The position numbers and the translations under genes were made by a program. The notes below the pieces were generated by a model, which saw only the letters and a program-made list of their open reading frames with translations, searched no databases and was not told the origin of the DNA. A DNA stretch of 64,000 nucleotides from Lama glama (lineage: Eukaryota). Positions 37,901 to 49,383 of the stretch are shown here, piece after piece; within the stretch, counting starts at the first letter, position 1, and each line of letters starts with the position of its first letter. The DNA is taken from the NCBI GenBank assembly GCA_028534125.1, contig CM052818.1, forward strand, positions 40,798,001 through 40,862,000, given 5' to 3'.

Positions 37901-40900
37901 CAAAAACAAATACTGCCTAGCACAACGCCTAGCATATAGAAGGGTTGTGATACATTTAGGTTGAATAGAGTAATGAACACAATAGTAATTCTTAGGATAA
38001 AGTAGGTGTCAAGCTATTACTACCACATGACACTTTTTTTTTTGTAAATGACTCTTCTATCTGAAAGTGTTAATTTATAATATGATATTATGCATTTATA
38101 ATAATCAACAATGGAAAATTTTGTGGTATTTGTGTAGTTACAGACAAGAAAAGTAGGATATTGTTAGCATAACAAAAGATTAGTTAGTAGAATAATTCAT
38201 GAAATGGTTTCTTTAATAAGAATTTTAAAATAATACAGCAGTTAATTACTTCTGCTTGTGATGAGCTCTCAGTTACTTATGTAGCTATTTTCAAATTATA
38301 CTTGGAATATGAATAAGTTATGATTGTGGTCTGGGTGTGGGGCCCTGGTGCCCATTAAAAGGAAAGCGTGAGTACCTTCAACACTGTTTTCAAAATACAG
38401 AAGAGTCTAAAATCATCATTTATAATGTATACAAAAACTTGAATGGCATTTTATCCATAAAAGCATTTTTTCTCCTATGATGTCACCTATAATCCTAAAA
38501 TGTTAATGAAACATATTAAGACAGATAGATACAGCAGAATTTCTTTTAAAAGATGAGCTAACATGATCTCCTAACCTCTTCTGGGAGCAAAAGGCCTTTC
38601 TGACTCAGTACATGTCAGAGACCTCATTTTTTTTAATCAAGACTAATGAAGAGGATCCAAGCCATTTTCGGTAACAGCGAACATGTATGAGAAATTAGTT
38701 TAAGTTATTATTTTCACATACAACAAAAATATACTGTAGGACAATTAAGAATTCTTTAAAGATACAAATGTAAATCACTGATATAAAAACAGATGGTTTC
38801 ACTTCCATTTTTCCCTAAGATTTACCAGTACAGTATTTTTCTTCTTAAAATGAATATCTATATTGAAAATGTAATTTTAAGATTAAAGCAATTTGATAAC
38901 ATAGTTTAAAACTGTACTTATATTTAACATTTACATCACATCATTTCACTTAATAAATGTATATCAAGTGCCCACTGTGTGTATGTGACACAACTTCTGA
39001 CTCTGAGGAGTCCCAGCCTGGTGAGGAAGGTAGGGATGTAAAAGGTAGTATAAAAACAGAGATGAAATCATAGGTATCAGACACTAATATTCTAGAGATA
39101 TCATGCCCTACATCTGCTTACCTGGATGGGAACACACAGAGCAATGAGCGAGTTTGTTAACAACTGGTGGTTGTGAATTAGAGTAACAAGATTTTTCATT
39201 CCACTGATTAAACCTTTAAAAGAAAATGGTTTTAAAAAGAGAAAAATAATAATAAGGTCACCAAGATACCATGTTCTCAAATGTCAGGCTATTCTGTCCC
39301 CTTCCACCTGCCTACTTATTCTCCTTTAGCAGTAACATTGCTGGCCCAGACTGAGAACATAAAAACATGAAAAAATAAAAAATAACTAGGGTGAAGGTTA
39401 GTCTAAATTAATAAAAATTAGAATGACAGATAATTACAACAAAGTGTAATTTCATTATTTTCAAGTGTGAAGACAAACATTTTATAAAATGTTGCCAAAA
39501 ATATACATTTGCTGTAACTGTTTCAGTAAGAATTATTTATAGTTAGCCATTATTGTTTGCTTTTCCTTTTTTATTTTATTCTTTACAATTCCTAAATGAC
39601 TCCTTAACTCACCCCCATGCCAAAGTATACCTTTTCCTTCCTGCTTTGGAAAACACTAATTGCTGATATTAATAATGAATAAAGTCTTAGATCTTTCAAC
39701 AGCTATACAGCTGAAAGAGAAGCATTATAGGAAAGAACACGGCCATGTGAAATCTTTTTTGTGGTCATCGCTTCTTCAGTTCTACCACTTAATATTTCCT
39801 TTCACGCACTCACCATCTCATACCTACTGAAGGCCGAGGCTGTTTTAAGTCTCCCAGTGTCTCAGTTCCTTTCCTTCTTATTCATTCTATACTTTATCAT
39901 CAGTAATATTAATTTTTATAAAACACTGCTCTCATCAAATACATATAATTGACATGCTTTTAAAACTAAACAGCATAGTTTGTAAACTTTAGTATACTTT
40001 GTACCTTAATTGTCTTGAATCCTCAAACTGTATTAATCTGTCACTAAATTTGTGGCTATACAACTAAAAACAGTCAAGTAAAATTTTTGGTCAAGTGTTA
40101 CTTATCAAATATTTGCAACATCTCAGGTATTTCATTTATAGAAAAAATATAATATCAAAGTACATATCAAAAATAATTTAAAACATAAAATTAATTTAAT
40201 GTTAGTTTATCTTTACTTGTCGGTAAATAGCCTAAAATAGTCTGTGCCAACTATTCATGGTTATAAATATACGCATTTGACATCTTATAACTTGTGTACG
40301 TAGTGAGCTGATGATGAAAAAACAAAGTATGGCTTAGGACATATACTCCCATGCTTCTTTTAGGAAACTTAAGAATAAATAAAAATAAGTGATTTTAAAT
40401 GAATATATAGATCAGCTTAAAAACAAAAAAAAAAACCTTTTTGGAAAGCATAATACTTTTTGTAATATTCACTATCAAGTTCAACAAGAATAAAAAAATG
40501 GTATCACAAGAGAACATAATTTTTAGTTACCTCTGAAGTAAACTTTGCCCATTCAAAATCTTTATAAGTTTTAGTGCTTGTTCTTTTCCAACTCCAGGGA
40601 CACCCTTTCAGAAAGTGGAAAAAGAAATTTAAATGTTAATCACTAGGGAACAGATATATGAAGTAAGATATGTCCATTCAATGTAATACTGTGCAGCTCA
40701 AAAAGAATGAGATATCACAATGCGACAGGAAAACATGTGCAAGATATATTATTATATAAAATGAAAATTGCAGAATAGCATACAGTATGATTTAGATTTG
40801 TAAGTTAAATAACAATTACATTATTAACTTATGCAAAGAAAAGTCAGAGGGTTACATACCAAGCCACTGACTGTTTTTTTAGGAGAGGGAAGAACAGAAT

Positions 40901-43900
40901 TTTAGAGGGTTTCATTTGCTATGTTACTTATTTTGATAATATTTTAATTTGACCCAACTTTATGTTATACTTGTAATCAAGCAAAAGCATGTTCATGTGG
41001 TCATACAAACATTTACTATTTAAAGACACCAAAAGTAACGAAGGAGAATTCCAAGCTAGCTCTTGAAATTAATAACTTAAGAAAATTAAAACAAGCAGTA
41101 AGTTTCTAATACACAAAAATATATAAATAAATGTCTATTTACAAGACAATTTACAGTTTAAATTGAGTCTTCCAGTTCCTCTAAAAGGTTATTAATATAT
41201 CTCTGTAAGCAAGGCTGCTCTTTAGCTGATATGCACCTGGACAGACATACTAGTGTTAAAACACTTCCAAACTGGTTAGCAAATAGACATTGCCCAAATA
41301 TCCTGAGTGCCTGTTCGCAAAGGGGTCTCCCTCCTAACCTGAATTCCCTTCCCAACCCACCTACACCCAGGATTCAGCTACTAAGAGGGTAGCACATGGC
41401 ACAACCAAAGGTATCCGGAAGAGTGTTCCATCTCTGCAGCCTATGTCTTGTAGCATACCAGCCGCTAGGTATTTTGTATGTCATTCTTCTTATATTAGCA
41501 TTTGGTTACATATTAAAATTTTTGAAGGCAAGTCATGCTAGTACAGTCTTAAACAGTTTTAAATAGAATAATATAGATAGTTTTGGTTGCAAGGGAACAC
41601 AAAGGTCAAAATGGCTAAGGTTAGTGGATAATGTAATACCACAGCAGCTAAACTGGGTTTCTGTGAATTCAAGTTGGCAAATTTTTTCTTACATTCAACA
41701 TTGGGCTGTTTTTAGACTTTAATTACAATAAAATTACATAAAGGAAGTAGGAATCTTCTATTTCAGAATGAGAATTATAGTAATTTTTTTGTGTGTTATT
41801 TAACAGTTTTTTTCCTCCTGTTTTCTTTACTAGTTTAAAAAAAATTGTCAATTTCTCTCTTTGGTCACTGGTGACATAGATTACAAGTTAGACTTAATAA
41901 TTTTACGACCCTGCTATTTTTCCGTCTTGTAAGCTCTGCTGAAAAAGAATTATATATCATCCTCTTTAGACTTCTCTTAGGGATAGAGTCTATAGCCTGA
42001 GGGATTTAGAAAGGATACAGAGATGACCAGCAGGGATATAATAATGGGACTATATAAAAATAGCAGGAGCTACAATACAAGTCATTTTATATTTTTAAAT
42101 GTCATATTTAAGAATCGGGTTATCCTTGTAATTCTTAATTCATGCCTCACCTGCTGTACCTATTTGTTACAGAGTGCTATATTGTGTATCTTAAGATATA
42201 AAAGGTTTTCATGAACAAAACTCAGTGTAATGCTAAGAGGCATGGAAGGATGAATGGCTAAACCCAATAATCATGTTGCCTAGCAACAGTAACAATAACA
42301 CTGAGCATGTGCACAATTAGAAAGCCACAATGGAGGTTGAAAACCAGAACACAGAAAAACAGTGACAGAAATTAATATTGGCATGATACAAGGAAAGAGT
42401 AATTCCGACATTTCTTTAAAAGGGTAGTCAAACTTGAATGTGAATCTCTTAGAATTACAGTTTACCGAGACTCAAGCTGTAGTACTAGTTATGATTCTAT
42501 TCTCGTTTATAACATTCAGTGTCACAATGAGCCAGGTTTTTAATGCCACTTGAAATGCTGATTATTTCAGTTATTGAACAGGTTATTACATTTATATTCT
42601 AAATTAGGTTCTTAATTATATAACCATATAATATTCATATTTATGCAGCATGTAAGGTATTAAAAAAAGCCACTACGAATAGTAAATAAATAAACACAAC
42701 AATTTCAGTGCACCTTTGGAAGATAATCACAGCCAAGTAGTACTGCCAGCCCAACCAGAGCATCTCTATCCAAACCTAGTTTACTCTTGATAGATGACAT
42801 CGTATAGCAGTCAACATGTGGGTCCTGGAAGAAAGTATAGACTTAGTTGCATCTTCAAAAAGTAAACATTTGTATATTAAACAACATTACAGAGAATAAT
42901 TTGTCAAAGTTGTCTCTAAATGTTTATTTCTAAAAGTTTAAACAGGAAAATTATCCTGATCACCAGAATCCTCACAGAATTTATCACTTCAATACAGGAA
43001 ATAAAGTCATAGCTTAAAAATGACTTTAAAAATTATAGTAGTCACTTTTTCCCTCTTTATCATTTCTTGGTGTCTACAAAAGTAAGTTTTTGTCTTACAA
43101 AATTAAACATTGTAAAATGTATATTATAGAAAGTAAACATTCCCTGTAATTGCATCATCTGCAGTTAACTATTAACAGCATTATGTATATTCTTCTAAAA
43201 AACATTTCCTTTGATGTATATAAATATTTATTATTACTATATTGTTAAGTAAAAATAAGATTATATAAAAATACTACTTTGCAATGTTTTTCCCCCCTAA
43301 TATCTGGGTATCTTTAATGTCAATAATACAGACCTTTTTAATACTGCTTACTATTACATCAGAAGGCAGTGTTTATCAATAGGGACACTTAGCATTTTCA
43401 GAGACATGACAGAATTTTCTGGCAAGAGGTTTAGTTTTCCTGGCTCTAATACACTCAATGTCTATAGTCTCCCTTGCCCAAGCTTAAATGATTACAAACT
43501 AAATGTCCCCTGGTAGTAATATCTCTCTTTGCATATTTGGAGGTGTTTTTGAGGCTTACTAAAAGTGGAAATTCTAAGTCAAAGTGACACATATCATATG
43601 CAATTTTATAATATATATTTGAAACCAATCTAGACTTAAACCTTGTGAAACAAGTCAAGCCCCTGGAAGAGAAATACACATTTCAAAAAGAATGAACAAG
43701 CGGTAGTGATATTTTTAATAAGAGTAAACATTTTATTTAGCAATTGCTATGTGCCAAGCACTATGGTAAGCATTTTACACATTTTAGTTCATTTAATCAT
43801 GTAATAATCCTTTTTTAAAAAAGGGTAGTTTGCAAAACAAACGCTGAAAAAGAGAACCAAAAAAATACCTTGGTGTTCATAGTGAAATTCCTATAGACAG

Positions 43901-46900
43901 TCTGGGCCCCATAAAGAAAAGCATCTCCATCATTGGTGAGGCAGCCATCTGTGTAACCACTGGCATTGAGGTAAGCACACATGGCTTCAGCTTCCCCAGC
44001 AGCCTGGACCCAGGGAATTCCTAAGCATTCCAGCATATCAAGACACTGAAGAGAAAAAGTACATGCAACGAATCTAAGACCATTTTTATTGCTGTTTTTA
44101 TCCCCCCAGTGTTTAACTTACTTCTATATTACAAATATTAATAGCAGATATTTAGGTGTTTTGCAAATTATGATATTTAAGAAACGGTAATTTGAACGCT
44201 GACTACTTTATGGCATTAAAGAATGATTGCTAAACTTTTAGCTGCAATAATAAAAATTATATTGTGGTCACGTTTTTATTTTTTAAGAGCCCCTATCTTT
44301 TAGACAAAGGTACTGAAATATTGAAAGTAAAACAATATCATGTCTGGGATTTGCTTCAAAATATTGTTAGACTAGGGGGATGGGTGCGTGAGATAGGTGA
44401 AACAAAATTGGTCAAGGGTTGATAATTGTTAAAGACTGGTGATGGGTTACTTTTATATTGATTTAAAATTCTCTAATGAAAGTTACAAATTTTAATGTCA
44501 TTAAAAAGTAGTCCATATTCAATAAAACAATTAAAACATTACTTTTAAAATAATGAATATACAATTTTTATTGTTCTATTCAATGTTATTATCTAAAGCA
44601 TCTGGAAATATCTTTAAATAATTGTTATTTAAATAATTAATCACATTAACATTTACATCTGTAAAACTACGACAATTCTTCTTACATGCTGGTCACACCA
44701 ATATAAGCTCTTTCAAAGATTTTTTTACACAGTTTTGGCTTGAGGTCTTAAAGTTCACTTCCTATCACCTTCTCCTGTACAATGAACCTCCCATATTGAA
44801 AGCAGTATGACCCTCTGACCCTTTCCTGTTTGCCCATTTCTGTTCCCTCTAACCTTGAAAGAACTTTATAGGAATGAGATCACTAGGCAATTTAAACTAA
44901 CTCCTTAATTGTACTCTCCTGAATGCACACCATGCCTTCCCTAACCCGTTGATTCTTTTCCTGGATTAAAAGAGGTAAGAATGAAGAATTAAGTAATTAA
45001 AGAATGACTAGCTCCCTACCCCCAATACCCCCTTGGCAATCCTGCAGGGAGATCACATGGGCAAGGACTCATTTGAAGAGTCAGCCAGCCTGCACACAAT
45101 GGAGAGTGATGCAGAACCCAACCTCCTGCCTCAGTGACTCACTGAGACTCTTCCCCACTTTTTCCTTTAAAAACTGTCATGGCTGAGCAGAATCTTTGGA
45201 GTTGGTCTCAGGACATGCGTCCACCTTCTCCCCAGATTGCTGGCTTTTCTGATTAAAACACCTTTCCTTTCTATTGACACTTGCCTCTTGATTATTGGCT
45301 TTTGAGCACAAGCAGCCGAACCTGAGTTCGGGAACAATGTTGTGGGAAATCACACAGGGATCAGTTGTTGGAGTGCTTCTCAGAAGTCAAATGTCTGTGC
45401 AGGATGTTTATATCAATTTGCATGTACAAATACTCTGCTACGATTTTCTTTGAGTTATGAATTTAACACAGCTGAGCAGCTTATAGTTTAGCTTTTAGTG
45501 CATTCTATCATTGGGGGTACATTGGGTATGGTGAGGAAAAGAGGCTATTTACCTGTAGTTTCTAGAGACTGAGAGAATAAATATCATCTCTTTTGCTTTA
45601 ATTGATTGTTTGTATGCTATATTACATAATAAAAACCTCTGCCAGATGTTGCCCAAGCTGGACAAAGTTCAGAAAGACAAAGTACTATGTTGAAAAAAGG
45701 GATACTTTTCAGGACTCTGGCTGGGTGGCTTTACAGAGACAGTTTTGTTATAGGTATTGCTTCAGTGCAACACCATAGTTGTTTCTATCTTACCCTTAGA
45801 TGAAAAGCATCCTTTTTTCAGATTCTTGAGCCACGTCCTTCCAACTGTTTTCAAAAACCAGCACAGAATTTGTGACAAGGCTGGCTGTAATTTCCCCTCC
45901 CCTACCTCTCTATCATGTGGGGTGGAGGCTGTGTTAGAGGCTCACTTGTGCTTCTCCTGCTTATAACTAGAAGATAGCAGTGGATTTGGAGGACATAAGG
46001 TCTAGTAACTGCGGGGACAGAAATATAAAGATGAGTAGCAGGTGGGCAACACTGAATCAACGTTAAATGCCTAAGAACACCACAATTAGTGAAATAAATA
46101 AGAATAGAGTAATTTTCTCAAAACGACATGCACTTCTTTTTGCTTTATACTGGGTAGTTAATGCCTTAAGTATGTGAACCACACTTCTAGGAACTGATCA
46201 TACAAAAAATAATTAGAATCTAGTACAGACATTTTCTTCAGTTACTGACACTCATTAAAGTGGAATAGTCACTAATCAAAATTTGCTTTTTTAAAAAGTC
46301 ACATAAAAATTTAAAAAACACAAAATTTCTGGAGAAAAATGATTATTAATTTATGTAATGCCTTTTAAAAGAAATTAAATTTTTAATCAAAATTAAGAAG
46401 AAAAACAGGGATATGAATTCAAAGCAAATATGACAAAAGGTCTATATCCTTTATAAAGAACTTGAACAAAAGAAAAATTAAAATCAAGAGGTAAGTGAGA
46501 AAAGGATTATCCACAGAAGAACTAAAACTAAGCTAAATTTTAATCTCACCATTAAAAAACCAACACATATTAAATATGTATTATATTTATTTATATGTAG
46601 TGTATAAACAAAGAAATAACTTTGTTTTTTACAACTTACATAACACAAAGATAAACCTAATATCCAGTGATCTTGTGGGTGCACTGAAATTGCTTATCTC
46701 ATATCTGAACTGGTAGAAAGCAACTGGCAAAGTTGTAAAATCATTCCTAAACTTTGCTCTATCAATCCCACTTCGGGAAATTTTATCTTAAAATCACATG
46801 AAAAAGCTATGTACATAAAAAACGTTCATCACAATTTCATGTATAACAGAGAAGAACTGAAAAGCAAACAACACACAACAATACACAATCATGGGGAATG

Positions 46901-49383
46901 ATTTCACGCCTCCACACATGTTGTACAACCATTACAAATTGTGATTTTGAATAAAATATGGCAATGGAGAAATATGAGTATGCTACATTACATGAAAAGT
47001 CCAAGATAAAAATTATTTGTGCACTGTTACAGCAATTAAAAATACATTTGTAAAAAGACTAGTAATAGCTTCCTATTGTTTTACTTCTATATTTTACTAT
47101 TGATTTCTTTTCTCTTAACTTTTATAAAAATATATATTTCATAACATAAAAATATATTAAAATATAACAGTAAGTACTTTTTAAAATTACAAAGCCCTAA
47201 GGGAAAGCAAATATGTATTCCATCTATGAATTGGCATTAATCCTGAATGACTGAAGTATGAATTAAGGAGAACTCTATTCTGCGAATTCAAGTGCTGAAG
47301 ACGTCATAAAATATCACATGTATCAAGAACTGACTATGTACCCATTACTTAGAGATACTATTCTCTAATTTTCACCACATGCCTGTGAAGTATTACTATC
47401 CCCATTTCAGAGTAGGAAACAAGGCAAAGATATGTCAAAAATCTTGCCCATTGCCTTTTCTAGATGCCGGAGTTAGAACTTGGACTTGGGTCAGTTACGC
47501 TTCAAAACATAAACTCTCTTCTCTGTTCACACTGGTCTTCTATTTACAGTAAGGTTAATACGTACTAAAAATACTGAACAACAAACTTTATCAGAGTAAA
47601 ATACACTTTCTAATTCAAATCAGAATTATTGAATTAAATCTGAATGCTCACCTCCTTTAAAACTGATTTAAAATGTGACCTCCCTGTTTTCTGAGAGCAT
47701 GTTTTTCCAGAAGGCCCATACCGAATCTGATTCCTCTTGCTCATGACATCAGCTTTCAGCTTTGGGGGTTTCCCTTCCATAACGAACACCAGTTTTACAT
47801 CCATCAGCGTTAAATATGAAATACGAAAAAATAAATTCCTAAAACATAAAATTAAAAATACATCAATCATCATATATTGAAAGCAAAAATCAATATAGTA
47901 TAGCATAATGGCAAGAACATTAGTATCAAAAATGTCATACACAACAGTATTTTATTTATTATTGAGATTTAAGTGTGCAGTCACTGTGGAAAACAGTATG
48001 GAGATTCCTCAAAAGACTAGGAATAGACTTACCATATGACCCAGTAATCCCGCTCCTGAGCACATATCCAGAAGGAACCCTACTTCAAAAAGACACCTGC
48101 ACCCCAATGTTCATAGTAGCACTATTTACAATAGCCAAGACATGGAAACAGCCTAAATGTCCATCAACAGATGACTGGATAAAGAAGATGTGGTATATTT
48201 ATACAATGGAATACTATTCAGCCATAAAAATGACAACATAACACCATTTGCAGCAACATGGATGTCCCTGGAGAATGTCATTCTAAGTGAAGTAAGCCAG
48301 AAAGAGAAAGAAAAATACCATATGAGATCACTCATAGTGGAATCTAAAAAAGAAAAAAAAAAAGAACATAAATACAAAACAGAAACAGACTCATAGACAC
48401 AGAATACAAACTTGTGGTCAAGTTGCCAAGGGGGAGTGGGGTGGGAAGGGACAGACTAGGAGTGTGAAATTTGTAGTTACTGACAGGCATATGTGGAATA
48501 GATAAGCAAGATTATACTGTATAGCACAGGGAAATATATACAAGATCTTATGGTAGCTCACAGCGAAAAAAAAGCGACAATGAATATACGTATGTTCATG
48601 TATAACTGAAAAATTGTGCTCTACACTGGAAATTGACCCAACATTGTAAAATGACTATAACTCAATAAAAAATGTTAAAAAACAATTTAAGTGCACTGAG
48701 AAATCATTGCATGTTTTTACCAAAGGAGATTCATGATTATTCTAATCACTATGTGGAAAGTGGTTTGCAGCAGGAGAAGGCCAGGAGAAGACAGGGAAAG
48801 ATCTCATCTCAGCAAGGCAGATAAGAGATGTTGGCATACACTGAGGTAGTGCCTCTGGACATCAAGAGGTTTGTGAAGGTAGAATATATTTTGCAAGTAG
48901 AACCGGCAAGACTTCCCGATGGATTGGATGTGGAGAGGGATGAAAAAAGGGGAGAATGGCTCCCAAATATCTGGCTTGTAGTCACTGAAGCATCCTAGAG
49001 GGTACGTTAAGTAGGCAACTAGGTATGTGAGTCTGGAACTCAAAGAGTAAGAGGTACAAATTGTGAGTCACCAATATAGAGATGGCAGATCTAGACATGT
49101 CAACATATTTTTAAATGTCAAAATGTCAAACAGCAACAACAAAAGAAATAAAGTGGAAGCAAAACCAAGACATCCACTGCTTATACAATCATCTATTTAT
49201 ATTCTAAGAACTTGTACTCTACCTGAGGTGGGGCTTCATGACGGTTCCAATCATTTTTTTGACTGTCTGTGCTTCACATACCCAGAGACTCAGATCAACT
49301 GCAATGGTTTTCCCACTGAGACTGTGCAAGAGGACGTGCTCTTTAACAGGCTCCAGGATCTGCCACAAGTCATTCACTCCCAT
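30634..49383 (-). CDS. GEN1: GEN1 Holliday junction 5' flap endonuclease (XPG/Rad2 family), spliced CDS of 13 coding exons, 904 aa
   Basis: Exon CDS lengths 161+187+177+111+74+92+151+37+81+131+62+141+1310 = 2715 nt. Phases are all consistent and all introns are GT-AG. Catalytic D30, E75, E134, E136, D155, D157 and D208 are present. Confidence 0.97.
32425..32565 (-). CDS. GEN1: GEN1 exon 13 (chromodomain C-terminal part)
   Basis: EHYAMEDEHGELVLQTIEEESLFEAAYPEIVAIYQKQKSEIKGKKQK; cttAG acceptor, GTAAG donor; 141 nt. Confidence 0.93.
33000..33400 (+). mobile_element. LINE-1 3' end in GEN1 intron 12, antisense to the gene
   Basis: 'gtgaaataagccagaaagagaaagaaaaatac...ctcatatgtgga...caccagaaattgacac...cttcaacttaaaaa'. 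Confidence 0.85.
34550..34611 (-). CDS. GEN1: GEN1 exon 12 (chromodomain)
   Basis: IIKTRIRNGVHCFEIEWEKP; tttcAG acceptor, GTATGT donor; 62 nt. Confidence 0.93.
34800..35690 (-). mobile_element. Very old degenerate L1 fragment(s)
   Basis: 'ctttaaagtctattttg...ttaatccacctacatttattgtgattactg...gtctgaaaatgcctt...ctttgaaatattactccatcatcttct' resembles antisense L1M sequence. Confidence 0.5.
36132..36262 (-). CDS. GEN1: GEN1 exon 11
   Basis: RFTLEKMEWPNHYACEKLLVLLTHYDMIERKLGRRNSNQLRPIR; tacAG acceptor, GTAAC donor; 131 nt. Confidence 0.93.
37149..37229 (-). CDS. GEN1: GEN1 exon 10
   Basis: VIQEFLLNQDKLVKEIRYQRPDLLLFQ; ctAG acceptor, GTATCT donor; 81 nt. Confidence 0.92.
37319..37355 (-). CDS. 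GEN1: GEN1 exon 9
   Basis: KACSCEGFPFQE; ttcAG acceptor, GTAATG donor; 37 nt; followed by an 89-nt intron. Confidence 0.9.
37663..37813 (-). CDS. GEN1: GEN1 exon 8
   Basis: GSPKDHEHNGCKLCKTNRYCEPHDYEYRCPCEWHLAEHDRQLNAVESSIKK; taaAG acceptor, GTAAGT donor; 151 nt. Confidence 0.93.
39122..39213 (-). CDS. GEN1: GEN1 exon 7
   Basis: FNQWNEKSCYSNSQPPVVNKLAHCSVCSHP; taaAG acceptor, GTAAGC donor; 92 nt. Confidence 0.92.
40531..40604 (-). CDS. GEN1: GEN1 exon 6 (helix-turn-helix GVPGVG motif)
   Basis: GVPGVGKEQALKLIKILNGQSLLQR; gaaAG acceptor, GTAAC donor; 74 nt. Confidence 0.93.
42714..42824 (-). CDS. GEN1: GEN1 exon 5 (XPG-I, GCDY motif)
   Basis: DPHVDCYTMSSIKSKLGLDRDALVGLAVLLGCDYLPK; tccAG acceptor, GTGCAC donor; 111 nt. 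Confidence 0.94.
43869..44045 (-). CDS. GEN1: GEN1 exon 4 (XPG-I, EAEA and NDGD motifs)
   Basis: CLDMLECLGIPWVQAAGEAEAMCAYLNASGYTDGCLTNDGDAFLYGAQTVYRNFTMNTK; 177 nt. Confidence 0.96.
44700..45336 (+). mobile_element. Probable solo ERV1-type LTR (MER34/MER39-like) in GEN1 intron 3, antisense to the gene
   Basis: TATA-like TTTAAAA at ~45166, ATTAAA at 45252, and a typical U5 end 'ttggcttttgagc...agcagccgaacctgagttcgggaaCA'. The 5' boundary is not resolved. Confidence 0.6.
47652..47838 (-). CDS. GEN1: GEN1 exon 3 (XPG-N, VFVMEG motif)
   Basis: NLFFRISYLTLMDVKLVFVMEGKPPKLKADVMSKRNQIRYGPSGKTCSQKTGRSHFKSVLKE; tttAG acceptor, GTGAGC donor; 187 nt. Confidence 0.96.
47976..48684 (+). mobile_element. 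Young 5'-truncated LINE-1 in GEN1 intron 2, antisense to the gene
   Basis: ORF2 C-terminal peptides [15 protein letters not shown]...IYTMEYYSAIK and PFAATWMSLENVILSEVSQ, AATAAA plus A-rich tail, flanked by ATTTAAGTG at 47967-47975 and 48685-48693. Confidence 0.93.
48700..49100 (-). mobile_element. L2 LINE fragment
   Basis: 'atattttgcaagtagaaccggcaagacttcccgatggattggatgtgg...gtgagtctggaactca' is typical of L2. Confidence 0.6.
49223..49383 (-). CDS. GEN1: GEN1 exon 2, first coding exon (XPG-N); exon probably begins at 49395
   Basis: MGVNDLWQILEPVKEHVLLHSLSGKTIAVDLSLWVCEAQTVKKMIGTVMKPHLR; strong Kozak (aaaATGG); donor AG|GTAGAG. Confidence 0.96.
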
